Assembly: GCF_006345805.1 (NCBI RefSeq)
Contig: NC_043004.1
Span: 95,976,001 to 96,040,000, forward strand
From: Octopus sinensis
Lineage: Eukaryota
Reading direction: 5' to 3'
DNA: 64,000 nt
The notes beneath the pieces were generated by a model. That model ran no database searches. It had not been told where the DNA came from and worked only from the letters and a program-made list of their open reading frames with translations. Shown here piece after piece: positions 52,314 through 64,000 of this stretch; position 1 is the first letter of the stretch; the number at the start of each line of letters is the position of its first letter. Made by a program: the position numbers and the translations under genes.

Positions 52314-52364
52314 AGCTTTGCTTGAAGAGACACAATCATGTTGAAACACTAGTGTCTCAAATTT
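52314..52364 (+). ncRNA. Type I hammerhead motif, copy 1
   Basis: AGCTTTGC-TTGAAGA-GACA CAATCA TGTT-GAAAC-ACTAGT-GTC-TCAAA; stem III is the palindrome ACACTAGTGT; C3U variant. Confidence 0.7.
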
Positions 52365-52612
52365 CTCCTTTGTCTCTAAACCATATGTGTTGTGAACATG
52401 CATCATCTGAAAGAGTGCATTAATATATAAAGGCAAAATACAACAATAATTTGCATATTCAAGTTCATGTCATTATTTTGAATCTCAGTTTTACAAGCAC
52501 ACAATTATTTAATGTCAGCTTGGTAAACATTAGCACATGTCAGCAAATAATTTGTTTATGGAATTCTATGAATATGAGTGGCCATTTTTGTTTAGATCAA
52601 ATATCCAGGGTT

Positions 52613-52663
52613 AGCTTTAACTGAGGAGAAATAACCATGTTGAAACAGTGGTGTCTCAAAACT
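52613..52663 (+). ncRNA. Type I hammerhead motif, copy 2
   Basis: AGCTTTAA-CTGAGGA-GAAATAACCATGTT-GAAAC-AGTGGT-GTC-TCAAAACT. Confidence 0.7.
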
Positions 52664-52944
52664 CTTCTGAATCACTGTATTGCATATTGTCAAAGTATAT
52701 AGTTTCAGGGGAAGAATTGCTCTCTAAAGTCGAAATACAACAGTGATTAGTATATTCATATTCAAACCTGCTAGAATATATTAAGAATTTATGTGCATGT
52801 CATAATTTGCATTTACACTGTTTTACATGCACACTATAATTTAATATCAACTTTGCAGACATCAGCAAGTGTCAGCAAATAATTTGCTTATGGAATTCTA
52901 TGAACATGAGTAGTCATTTTTATTAATACCTGAGATCCAGGGGT

Positions 52945-52995
52945 AGCTTTAACTGAGGAGAAATAACCTTGTTGAAACAGTGGTGTCTCAAAACT
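52945..52995 (+). ncRNA. Type I hammerhead motif, copy 3
   Basis: AGCTTTAA-CTGAGGA-GAAATAACCTTGTT-GAAAC-AGTGGT-GTC-TCAAAACT. Confidence 0.7.
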
Positions 52996-53824
52996 CCTCT
53001 GCAGCACTGAATCGCATATTGTCAAGGCACATAATTTCAAGGTAAGAATTTCTCTCAAAAGTTGAAATACAGTTGTGATTAACATATTCATATTCAAATT
53101 TGTCAGAACATGTTAAAAATGAATATGCATGCCATTGTTAATCCTTTTATATTTTTCTTAAATATCATTTTAACGTACGTCAATACCTATAACAATGTGT
53201 TACTTAATATCTATATATCAATGAGCTACCTTGTACTGATGTGTGACTTAATACATTCTAATGGTTTGGGTATATGTATATACTTCTATTTATATCTATC
53301 AGAGTACTTAATATACCATACTTATGTAATCTCATTACCTTTCATTCTGCATCTGTGATGCTTATCTTTATGTATTACTAAGTTCCAATGAGAGGTTTAT
53401 GAATGTGGTTTTGCTGTGACAATAGCTAATATGATTTCTTTGCATCTTTGCTATAATTGGATAACCCGCATTATATCCCTTCTTGGAGCAGATGCATAAC
53501 GTTTTTTTTAACTGTATTAGACTTCATGTGTTATTCATTTTCGCCTAAACATCTATATGCTATTTTCTTAGTATATATGCATGTATATATGCATGTATGT
53601 ATGTATGTATGTATATTTACGTGTATAAATGTAGTTATGTATGTGCACGTGTATATATGTTTTTTTCTTACCACTAATCTAATACACACACACAGACATA
53701 CACATACATATATATAAACATATATACATACAGATGCAGGCACACATTCCCCATACACACACACACACATACACATACTTACACATTCTTATATGCAGGA
53801 GTGTACATGTGTTGTATTTTAAGT

Positions 53825-54342
53825 ATTGAAGTGGCAGAATCATTAGAGTTTTAAACAAAATGTTTTGCAGTATTCTAGCTTTTTTCAATTCAGTGTTCAA
53901 ATACTTACAGGGACATACCTACTTTTCATGTTTTCAGATTTGCCAATAATTTACCAATCTATGGCAGTTAGGACATTTGATAAATCAATTTACCATTGTT
54001 GTTCTGCCTGCTTATTATCTAAGTTCAAATCCTATATGCTATGTATATTCTTTTTTTCAACTCTAGACACAAGGCAGAATTTGACCTCAGAATGCTAACA
54101 TTTCTTATTTCTTTATTGCCCACAAGGGGCTAAACATAGAGGGAACAAACAAGGACAGACAAAGGGATTAAGTCGATTACATCGACCCCAGTGCATAACT
54201 GGTACTTAATTTATTGACCCCGAAAGGATGAATGGCAAAGTCAACCTCAGTGCAATTTGAACTCAGAATGTAAAGACAGGCAAAATACTGCTAATCATTT
54301 CTCCCGGCATGCTAACGTTTCTGCCAGCTCGCCACCTTACCT
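53825..54342. mobile_element. Two SINE family B copies in opposite orientation
   Basis: + copy about 53825-53960; - copy 54060-54342. Confidence 0.75.
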
Positions 54343-54354
54343 AAAGTATATATT

Positions 54355-54460
54355 AACTTGTTTTGTTTCATGTAATGTTGAGTTGCTAACAAGACCACCC
54401 TTAAAAACACAGAATTTCTTACAAATTGGACATTTTAAGACATTCTTAATACATACATCT
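54355..54460 (-). pseudogene. Isolated C2H2 finger relic
   Basis: LKCPICKKFCVFKGGLVSNSTLHE fits C-x2-C-x3-F-x5-L-x2-H-x3-H spacing with F>C and H>N changes. Confidence 0.45.
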
Positions 54461-54859
54461 GAAGCTTCCTTTCTTTGCTTCTCACATCAATTTTGTGTGT
54501 TTACTGCAACTCTTTTCAAAATGCATGAGTGCATTGAATATAATTTTGTCAATGATGTCCTATCAATTGCATTTTCCCCAGCTTTCCACATGAATATAAA
54601 CATTGTAAAATTTGTATGTGCATATGAACAACAAACACTTGTAAATACATATAGCCACCCATGCATAAAAACAGTTATACATGGGTGCACAGATAAGCTT
54701 ATATATATGCAAACACAAGCGTTTTTGTGCATAGAGCGTGGACAAATCTGAGCACAGGACCAATTTGTTCATCCATCTATCCATACATGCATATAGAAAT
54801 ACATATAAACTTATCTATCAATCTATCTATCTATCTATCTATCTACCTACCTGTCTGTT

Positions 54860-54924
<65 letters not shown>

Positions 54925-55064
54925 GGTGGTGCTCCAGCAGGGCTGCAGTCTAATGACTGAAACAATAAAAGACTATCTGTTTATTTTCCCCTACTTCCCC
55001 TTCCCCTTCTCCTTCTTCTTCTTCTTCTTCTTCTTTTTTCCCTTTCTCTCTCTCTCTATCTCTC

Positions 55065-55094
<30 letters not shown>

Positions 55095-55095
<1 letters not shown>

Positions 55096-55270
55096 ACATA
55101 TATGATTGCATCAATCCCAGTGTTCAAATGGTACTCATTTTATCAACTCCGATAGGACGAACGGCAAAATCAACCCTGCCGGAATGTGAAAGCAGAGCGT
55201 AAATGCAGATAAAATACTACTAACCATTTTGCCCGGTATTCTCATGATTCTGCCAGCTCACCACCTTAGT
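55095..55270 (-). mobile_element. SINE family B
   Basis: cccagtgttcaaatggtac...ctgccagctcaccacctt. Confidence 0.7.
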
Positions 55271-55348
55271 ATACACACATATATATTAGCACAAAGAATA
55301 TTGGGGAGATATTTCCACCAAAGCATCTGCCAAATGGGTTCTTCACAT

Positions 55349-55750
55349 ACTCTTTTTACTCTTTTACTTGTTTCAGTCATTTGACTGTGGCCATGCTGGA
55401 GCACCGCCTTTAATCGAGCAACTCGACCCCGGGACTTATTCTTTTGTAAGCCCAGTACTTATTCTATCGGTCTCTTTTGCTGAACCGCTAAGTAATGGGG
55501 ACATAAACACACCAGCATTGGTTGTCAAGCAATGCTAGGGGGACAAACACAGACACACAAACACACACACGCATATATATATATATACATATATACGACG
55601 GGCTTCTTTCAGTTTCCGTCTACCAAATCCACTCACAAGGCTTTGGTCGGCCCAAGGCTATAGTAGAAAACACTTGCCCAAGGTGCCATGCTGTGGGACT
55701 GAACTCCGAACCATGTGATTGGTAAGCAAGCTACTTACCACACAGCCACA
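55349..55750 (-). mobile_element. SINE family A, full length
   Basis: Reverse complement head to tail. Confidence 0.92.
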
Positions 55751-56309
55751 TAAAAAACAAGATTGGTATGGATGGAATGTAGTCAATTATGTGTCTGTCT
55801 GATCAAGCATGACCCGAGGGGTCAAGGCTAATCAACAACAGTCAAGTAATATATCTATCTCTCATCTCATTAGTCTAATATGCCTCACCTCCTAATATGT
55901 AGCTCAGCCTTCCTTCTCTGAACAGCAGCCTGAAATCCTTCCCCTGCCTACCTTTTTACCATGGGAGCTCCAACCTAAATATTAACTACATTTACCTCAT
56001 TTAATTTCATGGGTGATGCAAAGTTTACAGAGACTATTCATCCTTCTCGAATTAATAATTAATAAACAAAGAAAACAAAGCAAAAACGATAAAACAACAC
56101 TTATTCTTAAATGCATTTTAAAATGGGTTTTATTTTTCGCACACACAACAGAATGTATAAATGCAATCAATACTGGTGCATGCATGAATATCTTATACAT
56201 GTAAGAAATGCTTTAGACACACACATGGAATGTCTTATATACAATAGCATGAATTTAACATTTTCTTTTCCTTACCTGCCGCCCCTTTGTCCTTGTCTTT
56301 CCCTTTCTT

Positions 56310-56318
56310 CTAAATATA

Positions 56319-56357
<39 letters not shown>

Positions 56358-56407
56358 TATGCATGTATGTATGTATTATATGTGTATATGTATACATATA
56401 CATATGC

Positions 56408-56454
<47 letters not shown>

Positions 56455-56596
56455 GTATCTTCCTGAAGAGAAAGACACAATATGGTCCATTATTCAATCA
56501 GATTTTGGTAATTTGTGCCTTTCGAAACACGTGTAGAATGAAATAAAACGATTTCTGTTCAATCTGCGTTCAGCTCCATTTCTTCAATTCACCAAT

Positions 56597-56641
<45 letters not shown>

Positions 56642-56833
56642 TATGTTTTATATATATATATATGCATGTATGTATTATATGTGTATATGTATATGTATAT
56701 ATATATATATATGCATATATGTATATATATATATATACATATATGTATATATATGCATATGTATTATATATATATATATGTATATATATATGCATATATG
56801 TATATATATATATATGAATATGTATATATATGC

Positions 56834-56892
<59 letters not shown>

Positions 56893-57000
56893 TATATATA
56901 TATATATATATACATATATATATGCATATATATATAAATATATGTATAAGTGTATGTGTGTGTATATATATATATATTATATATATACACTTATAAATAA
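56310..57000. repeat. (TA)n fields flanking a 135-bp unique island
   Basis: Seen directly. Confidence 0.9.
56454..56545 (+). ncRNA. Type I hammerhead motif with canonical core and extended stem II
   Basis: TTC-CTGAAGA(56463-69)-GAAAGACACAA...TTGTGCCTTTC-GAAAC-ACGT-GTA-GAA; stem II 10 of 11 bp; palindromic stem III ACACGTGT; followed by AAATAAAA. Confidence 0.75.
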
Positions 57001-57433
57001 ATAATTTTAATCTATGTCTCTCTTTTTCCCTCTACTAGAATTTCATTTGGTCTTTTAGTATCCATTTTGTCTATTTTTCTTTCTACTCTCTCCTTATCTA
57101 ACTTCTCTATCTTCATCTTTATCTCTCTGAACATCTCACACTGCTGTTTTTCTTCTTTTGCCATCATTTTACCCTCTCTTTTGTCAAACTTTATCAGTCT
57201 ATTACGTTCTTTTAAATCTCTCTATCTGTCTATATATGGATGTGTTTTGTATCTATTCTTTATGACTTTCAACTTTAAGCATGAGAATAGTTATTATCTT
57301 TTACATGTTAGTTTGTTACAGAGAGAAACTATTTGGAGTTATAGACTGCTGAGGAATTCAGACTCAAATCAACAATAGATCCATGAGCCCAAATGATCAC
57401 TCAATTACTAAAATAACAACTGACCAAACCTTG

Positions 57434-57434
<1 letters not shown>

Positions 57435-57526
<92 letters not shown>

Positions 57527-57590
57527 CCAATCTATCTATCCATCTACCAATCTATCTATCTATCTATCTATCTGTCTGTCTGTCTGTCAT
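57435..57590. repeat. (ATCT)n tetranucleotide repeat
   Basis: Seen directly. Confidence 0.95.
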
Positions 57591-58140
57591 TGTGTGGTAA
57601 GAAGCTTGCTTCCCAATCACATGGTTTTGGGTTCAGTCCCACTGTGTGACACCTTGGGCAAGTGTCTTCTACTGTAGCTTTGGGCCAACCAAAAGCTTGT
57701 GAGTGGATTTGGTAGATAGAAACTGTAAGAAGCTCAATGTATATATGCATATATACTGTATATTAGTAATTAGTAAGGGATTTCTCCAAACATTTACTGG
57801 TTTGCTCTCAGTTAGGTATGTGTAGGCTTGTATATATATTTATTTGTAAAAAGGAATTGATGGTAATGTTAATGCTACTTCATAATACTCATTATTATTA
57901 TTATTATTATTGAGATATATATGTATATATTTATGTGTGTGTTTCTTTGTGTCTGTGCTTGTTCCTCCTACCATTGTTTGAGAACAGATCTTGGTGTTTA
58001 CGGCCCTGAAACTTAGCAGTTCAACAAAAGAGACTGAGAAAACAAGAACTAGTCTTACAAAGTAAAGTCCTGGAGTTGATTTCTTTGACTAAAACAACCT
58101 TTAAGGTGATGCTCCAACATGGCTGATACAAATAAAAGAA
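57588..58140 (+). mobile_element. SINE family A, degraded, with expanded spacer
   Basis: Head 57588-57740, tail 57930-58140. Confidence 0.75.
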
Positions 58141-58640
58141 TAGCACCAACTGTTCGTGGCCGTTGCCAGCCTACCCTGGCACCTGTGCTGGTGGCACGTA
58201 AAAAAGCACCATCCGTATGTGGTCGATGTCAGTGCCACCTTGACTGGCTTCTGTGCCGGTGGCACATAAAAGGCAACAAACGTTCGTGGCCGTTGCCAGC
58301 CTACCCTGGCACCTGTGTCGGTGGCACGTAAAAAAGCACCATCCATACGTGGCTGATGCCAGTGCCGCCTTGACTGGCTTCCGTGCCAGTGACATGTAAA
58401 AAGCACCAATTGTTAGTGGCCGTTGCCAGCCTACCCTGGCACATGTGCTGGTGACACGTAAAAAGCACCCACTACACTCATGGAGTGGTTGGCGTTAGGA
58501 AGGGCATCCAGCTGTAGAAACATTGCCAGATAAGACTGGGCCTGGTGCAGCCTCCTGGATTCCCAGACCCTGGTTGAACCATCCAACCCATGCTAGCATG
58601 GAAAACGGACGTTAAACGATGATGATGATGATGATGATGA
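58141..58640 (+). mobile_element. RTE 3' UTR (family C) with about 130-bp tandem units
   Basis: gtggccgttgccagcctaccctggcac at about 58156, 58285 and 58416. Confidence 0.85.
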
Positions 58641-58739
58641 TATATATATATAAAATTGACATAGAAATTACCTTTACTTCCTTTGCACTTAAGAAGGAAT
58701 GTAATTAAAAATAATTAAGAACACTTCTGATGCTAATAA

Positions 58740-58890
58740 AATTGAAAAATGAGCAGTAGCTGGTTTTCAACAGATGCAATCGAATTATTTTAGAGATCAG
58801 GTCACAGAAGTACAACAAAAAACTTTTGACATTGCATTGTACATGGTATTGTTATAAATGAAAACTGATTTTGTGTGTTGCTAAATGGTG
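58740..58890 (-). pseudogene. C2H2 finger relic
   Basis: HLATHKI..*QYHVQCNVKSFLLYFCDLISKIIRLH. Confidence 0.35.
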
Positions 58891-59050
58891 AACATTATGT
58901 CCCCAGTCTCATTGCCTCAATTTCAACACATTGCTTCAGCTCATGTTACTTTTTTTTTTTTTTTTTTTACTAGTTTTAGCTCAGAGCTGCGGCCATGCTG
59001 ATGCACTGCCAAAACTTATTCAATTTTTTATATGTCTCTTTTTCTTTTTT

Positions 59051-59433
59051 TTTGCTTTTTACTTGTTTCACTCATTTTAACTGCGGCCATGCTGGAGCAC
59101 CGCCTTTAATCGAGCAACTCGACCCTGGGACTTATTCTTTGTAAGCCCAATACTTATTCTATCGGTCGCTAAGTGACAGGGACGTAAACACACCAGCATC
59201 GGTTGTCAAGCAATGCTAGGGGGACAAACACAGATACACAAACATACTCACACATATATATATATACATATGACGGGCTTCTTTCAGTTTCCGTCTACCA
59301 AATCCACTCACAAGGCTTTGGTCAGCCTGAAGCTATAGTAGAAGACACTTGCCCAAGGTGCCACGCAGTGGGACTGAACTCGGAACCATGTGGTTGGTAA
59401 ACAAGCTACTTACCACACAGCCACTTCTGTGCC
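59051..59433 (-). mobile_element. SINE family A
   Basis: Reverse complement head to tail. Confidence 0.9.
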
Positions 59434-59479
59434 TATATATATTTTAAAACTAAAATGAAACATTGCAAGATATATAGTA

Positions 59480-59740
59480 AATTTGTGTTTTATACATGGC
59501 AGTGGAATGTGGGTTGTGACTGCAGTGGGCGTGTGAGGGCTTGAAAGAAATGACACTAGCATGCTTTGCTGGTTGTCAGGCATAAGAGACATCGGATGTG
59601 GTGTGCAAGAGAGACAACTGTTCTGGTATGGTCATGTGTTGCATATGGTTGAGGACAGCTGTGTAAAGAAGTGCAGATCTCTAAGTAAGGAAGGAACCTG
59701 TGGAAGAGGTGAATGCCGGAAGATGTGGAATGAGGTGGTG
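59480..59740 (+). mobile_element. RTE ORF C-terminal fragment
   Basis: VQERQLFWYGHVLHMVEDSCVKKCRSLSKEGTCGRGECRKMWNEVVR. Confidence 0.8.
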
Positions 59741-59958
59741 AGAAACGTTAGCATGCCGGGAGAAATGCGTAGCTGTATTTCGTCTGCCGTTACGTTCTGA
59801 GTTCAAATTCCGCCGAGGTCGACTTTGCCTTTCATCCTTTTGGGGTCGATTAAATAAGTACCAGTTACGCACTGGGGTCGATATAATCGACTTAATCCGT
59901 TTGTCTGTCCTTGTTTGTCCTCTCTGTGCTTAGCCCCTTGTGGGTAGTAAAGAAATAG
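59741..59958 (+). mobile_element. SINE family B, young
   Basis: acgttctgagttcaaattccgccgaggtcgactttgcc. Confidence 0.9.
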
Positions 59959-59964
59959 ATATAT

Positions 59965-60318
59965 GATGTTTGAATATTGGGTCACACAGAGAAAATTAGA
60001 AGTGACTGAGACCTTCGGTGATATACTGTGCTTGAGAAGATTCATCAAGCCAAGTGAAATCATAATTGTGGCTGATGCCAGTGTTGTGTAACTGGTACCC
60101 ATGCTAGTGGCACATAAAAAGCACCTATTACACTCTTGGAGTGGTTGGTGTTAGGAAAAGTATCCAGCCATAGAAACCAAGCCAAATCAAGCTGGAACTT
60201 GGTACAGCTCTCTGGCTTACCAGTTCCAGTCAAACAGTCAAACCCATGCCAGCATGGAAGGCGGATGTTAAACGATGACGACGACAATGATGATGATGAG
60301 GATGATGATGATGATGAA
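59965..60318 (+). mobile_element. RTE ORF end plus family C 3' UTR
   Basis: ..YTVLEKIHQAK* directly precedes the family C sequence and (GAT)n. Confidence 0.8.
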
Positions 60319-61034
60319 TAACAATGCAGATAAATGTAGTATTAAAAATAGTAATTTCAAAAACGTTAAAATGTTATCTTAGATATATTCAATTAGTCCT
60401 GTTATTTCTCATTAAAATTTCTTTTAGAAAATTTAAAAGAATGTGAGAAATATATATGTATAACTTATATATCCATTTTGCTGGTGCATAGAAAGATAAC
60501 TAAACCCACCAGTTAAATGAAATTGTTAGTCTGAATACCATGATTCACAATACTGGCCTAATTCATTCTTGAAATTAGCACTTTGAAATTAGAACACAAT
60601 CTACAACTTCAAATTTTTGCACTTTCAAACACACAGTAATTCAAACATCACACTTCAAGATTTTAACAAACTAAAGAAAATAGATGCATAATTTACAACT
60701 TTATCTGTTTTCTTATGACTTTTGACAAGAGTTCTTCATTTACAATGTGGAAGACACACAAAGACTATCAACTTCACTTAACCATTTATTTGAAATATGG
60801 TGCTGAAATTGTCATCATTTGAAACTACAACCTGTTAACTGACAAAAAAATTTTGCTCTCAGTAAACAGGTCACAGTTTTGGACAATGAAAATTTTGACA
60901 CCATATTACAAATAAATTTTTAAGAGAAGTTGATTATCTTTGTGTATTTCTGAATGACTAACTTATGTTTTCCAAGTTACAATTGCTTTAGTTTCAGCAC
61001 ACAATCTCAAATTAAAACACTTACTATGCAACTA

Positions 61035-61549
61035 CGTGGAGGCGCATGGCTTAGTGTTTAGGGTGTCAGCATCATGATCGTAAGATTGTGGTTTCGATTC
61101 CTGGACCTGGTAACGTGTTGTGTTCTTGAGCAAAACACTTCATTTCATGTTACTCCAGTCCACTCAGCTGGCAAAAATAAGTAACGCTGTGATGGACTGG
61201 TGTCATGTCTAGCAGGGGAACAAAACTAAATATCAAAACTAATTCTGTATCTTTGTTATTTAATATTATATTCAGTGTCCTATCTACACTGCTATTTCTT
61301 TCCAAAACACTAATTTTCTATATTAAAATTATTTCTAAAACATTTATACTACCTGTTTCAATTAAATTGCCACACACTGTTCTTGAACAAAACACTTCAT
61401 TTCATGTTACTCCAGTCCACTCAGCTGGCAAAAATAAGTAACGCTGTGATGGACTGGTGTCATGTCTAGCAGGGGAACACATACACCATAGAAACCAGGA
61501 AACCGGACCCATGAGCCTGGTTAGACTTTAAAAGGACACATTTATTTAT
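61035..61549 (+). mobile_element. SINE group D: head H plus core Y plus tail T2, internally rearranged
   Basis: 14-bp TSD ttactatgcaacta at 61021-61034 and 61550-61563. Confidence 0.88.
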
Positions 61550-62959
61550 TTACTATGCAACTAAATCTCTGTGAAGTTATTAACTTGAAATATCAAAACC
61601 AATTCAGTATCTTTGTTATTTAATATTATATTCAGTGTCCTATCTACACTGCTATTTCTTTCCAAAACATTAATTTTCTATATTAAAATTATTTCTAAAA
61701 CATTTATACTACCTGTTTCAATTAAATTGCCACACACTGTACTAATACATTTCTAGTTTACAGTATTTGTGATTCAACAGATCCTTTAAAACATGTTCCT
61801 AAAGCAGAACTCAACAGACTGATGATGTTAATTTATGCCTGTTTTTTATAAAGAAAATTTTGTTGATTTAATAAATCTAGAAAGTTATGTTGATTTAATC
61901 TTTACATTAGTAGAATGGAAAAAATATCTTCACTATTCTTCTGCTTTTGCCATTACCAGCAAGAACTACACCATCCCCAAATTCCCCAGTGATATCACCA
62001 GATTTTTTTATTATGATAAAGAGAAATTTCAACAAAAGTAAGCGATTGTCTTCAACTTGTTATTCTGAAGATTCTGACTTGCCACTTGTAAGTCTTTCAT
62101 CGTTCTGCCAATTCTATTTAACTCAAATATCTTTCCATCAACAAGCTATTCCACTGAGAAAGCAAATGAAAAACAAAAACTCACTTAACAAACCAAATAC
62201 CTAAGTAGTTTATTTAAGAACACAGAAGAATTATGTAAATTTGAAAGAAGAACAATTGCCTTCCAAATTTTACACCGTAACTGGAATTCCTTGGTGTAAT
62301 TTTAAAGAATTTATCACTGCAACAGTTTGCTTAACTGGTAGCTACAGCTAAAATATATTTGTCTTGGGTTTTTTTCTTTACCGTTTTTTTTCTTTTCTTT
62401 GTATGGAAGGAAAATAAGAAAAGAAAATAATACAAACAGCAGAATAGTATTTGCTGAATAAGAAATTTTTGTTTGCTTAATAATTGTTTCAGGGTTTCCA
62501 AACCCCTTGTTGAAGACAAATTTTTCTTAAATTTGATTTCTGCAAGGAAGGTTTATGTAAAATATATCTGGAGAATAGAATTATGGAAAGGAATCTGCTG
62601 TAAATGTATTATCTTGAATGTTTAAAAAAAATTTTTTTTCTAGTTATAACTGTATTAACTGGGAGAATATACTCAATATTCTATGAACAAACATACAGAA
62701 AATTTCTATCCATTTCATATTTTCTACACCATTCTGAACATAGTATATTGTCATTTAAATATGCAGTCAGCTTATGAAAAAAAAAAAAGAAGAATTATGT
62801 AATTATGAAATGAGAAAAGGTTCTGTAATTATATTGCTCAATGCAAACTCTGCTTCAGTGCACTATACAAACAATGTCCATTATCTATATTACCATTCAA
62901 AACCTGCTGAAAATATACTGTTGTTAATACAATTTAAAACAGTGTTTATAATTGTGATG

Positions 62960-63013
62960 TGAACATACACACATACCTATGTGTTAAATTATATATATAT
63001 GTATATATATATG

Positions 63014-63065
<52 letters not shown>

Positions 63066-63853
63066 TATATATATATGTGTATATATATACATATATATCC
63101 GTATGTATTATATAAATGCATATATGCATGTATGTATATGTATACACTCAAATAGGGACGGACATACACATGTGCACAAATACAACATACTTGTTTTTAT
63201 TCTTAACATCCAATTATCCATACTGCCATGATTAGCATAGATGCTTGCAAGTTTGAAGATTAGACTATTGCCGGAACAATTGTTTTTACACCTGGATTAA
63301 CGAAAAAGCATTGTTTGCAGAGAAGCATTAAATAAATCCTTGCTTGAATGTATTTGTTTTGTTTCAAATACACTTTCAGAATATTAATTATTAATCATTT
63401 CATAGACTGTCTGATAACATTTATGAACAATGTAGCAATGAAAAATTTAATATGTGTGACAATTTGTATGAATTTCAGCCGGGAGCTGTACCACAATGTA
63501 AATTTATAAATTGGATACATTGTTTGAGGTTTTGTTTTTTTTAATTGCTAACTTGAACCAGTCAACATACGTATGGTAGACGTGTATTTTTATGTGTGTA
63601 TGTATGTATGTATAAATACATATAAATATATGTGTGTGTTGTGTATATATGTATGTATGTGTGTATATATATATGTATATATGTGTATGTGTATATATGT
63701 GTGTATATATATATATATATGTATTAATATATATATGTGTGAACACATGCATATATACATATATATATATGTTCATTAAAATTTTCATTTTATATCTTTC
63801 ATATACATATATATATATATATATATATATGAATATGTATATGTATATATATG

Positions 63854-63894
<41 letters not shown>

Positions 63895-63970
63895 TATTAT
63901 ATATATATATATATATATATGCACACATATAAAGTAGGTGCATAGATAAATAGATAGATATGTATGTATA
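62960..63970. repeat. (TA)/(TG) microsatellite fields
   Basis: Seen directly. Confidence 0.85.
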
Positions 63971-64000
63971 TTTACATTCTAAGTGTGTGATTTGCCAAAT

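Larger units (their letters stand above)
52181..53137 (+). repeat. Tandem array of three diverged 299-332 bp monomers, preceded by an inverted partial monomer
   Basis: Anchor tgttgaaaca....gtgtctcaaa at about 52339, 52638 and 52970; 52181-52316 is reverse-complementary to monomer interiors. Confidence 0.85.

Noticed and set aside
54257-54751. 164-aa + strand ORF
   Set aside because: Begins inside an antisense SINE B and overlaps a minus-strand finger relic; no homology recognised
56111-56260. RTHNRMYKCNQYWC..LDTHM, a finger-like peptide on the + strand
   Set aside because: Ligand spacing is wrong, the second His is absent, and it is on the opposite strand to the other relics
61915-62090. 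Signal-peptide-like stretch with KR sites ending at CTT|GTAAGT (neuropeptide-like)
   Set aside because: The ATG is out of frame with the hydrophobic stretch, the acceptor is weak, and no family is recognised

Overview
AT-rich, repeat-saturated metazoan DNA. The SINE and LINE families, the microsatellite load and the C2H2 zinc-finger relics point to an octopus or other cephalopod genome (inference, not checked). I cannot support any intact protein-coding gene, and most ORF-track entries are translations of microsatellites. The window holds four kinds of content. (i) Many copies of at least three tRNA-headed SINE groups, plus RTE, CR1-like and R4/Dong-like LINE fragments, Tc1, hAT, MULE-like and Helitron relics, and foldback MITEs. 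(ii) A decayed minus-strand C2H2 zinc-finger array at about 44.8-47.8 kb, with further finger relics out to about 61 kb; a Helitron splits one finger. (iii) Seven type I hammerhead ribozyme (HHR) motifs in at least four unrelated sequence contexts, including a tandem array of three 300-330 nt HHR-bearing monomers with an inverted monomer in front (52.2-53.1 kb), which resembles a retrozyme or Penelope pLTR. (iv) A near-perfect 208-bp palindrome at 27156-27363. All alignments and translations were done by eye, and repeat boundaries are approximate unless a TSD or terminus is quoted.
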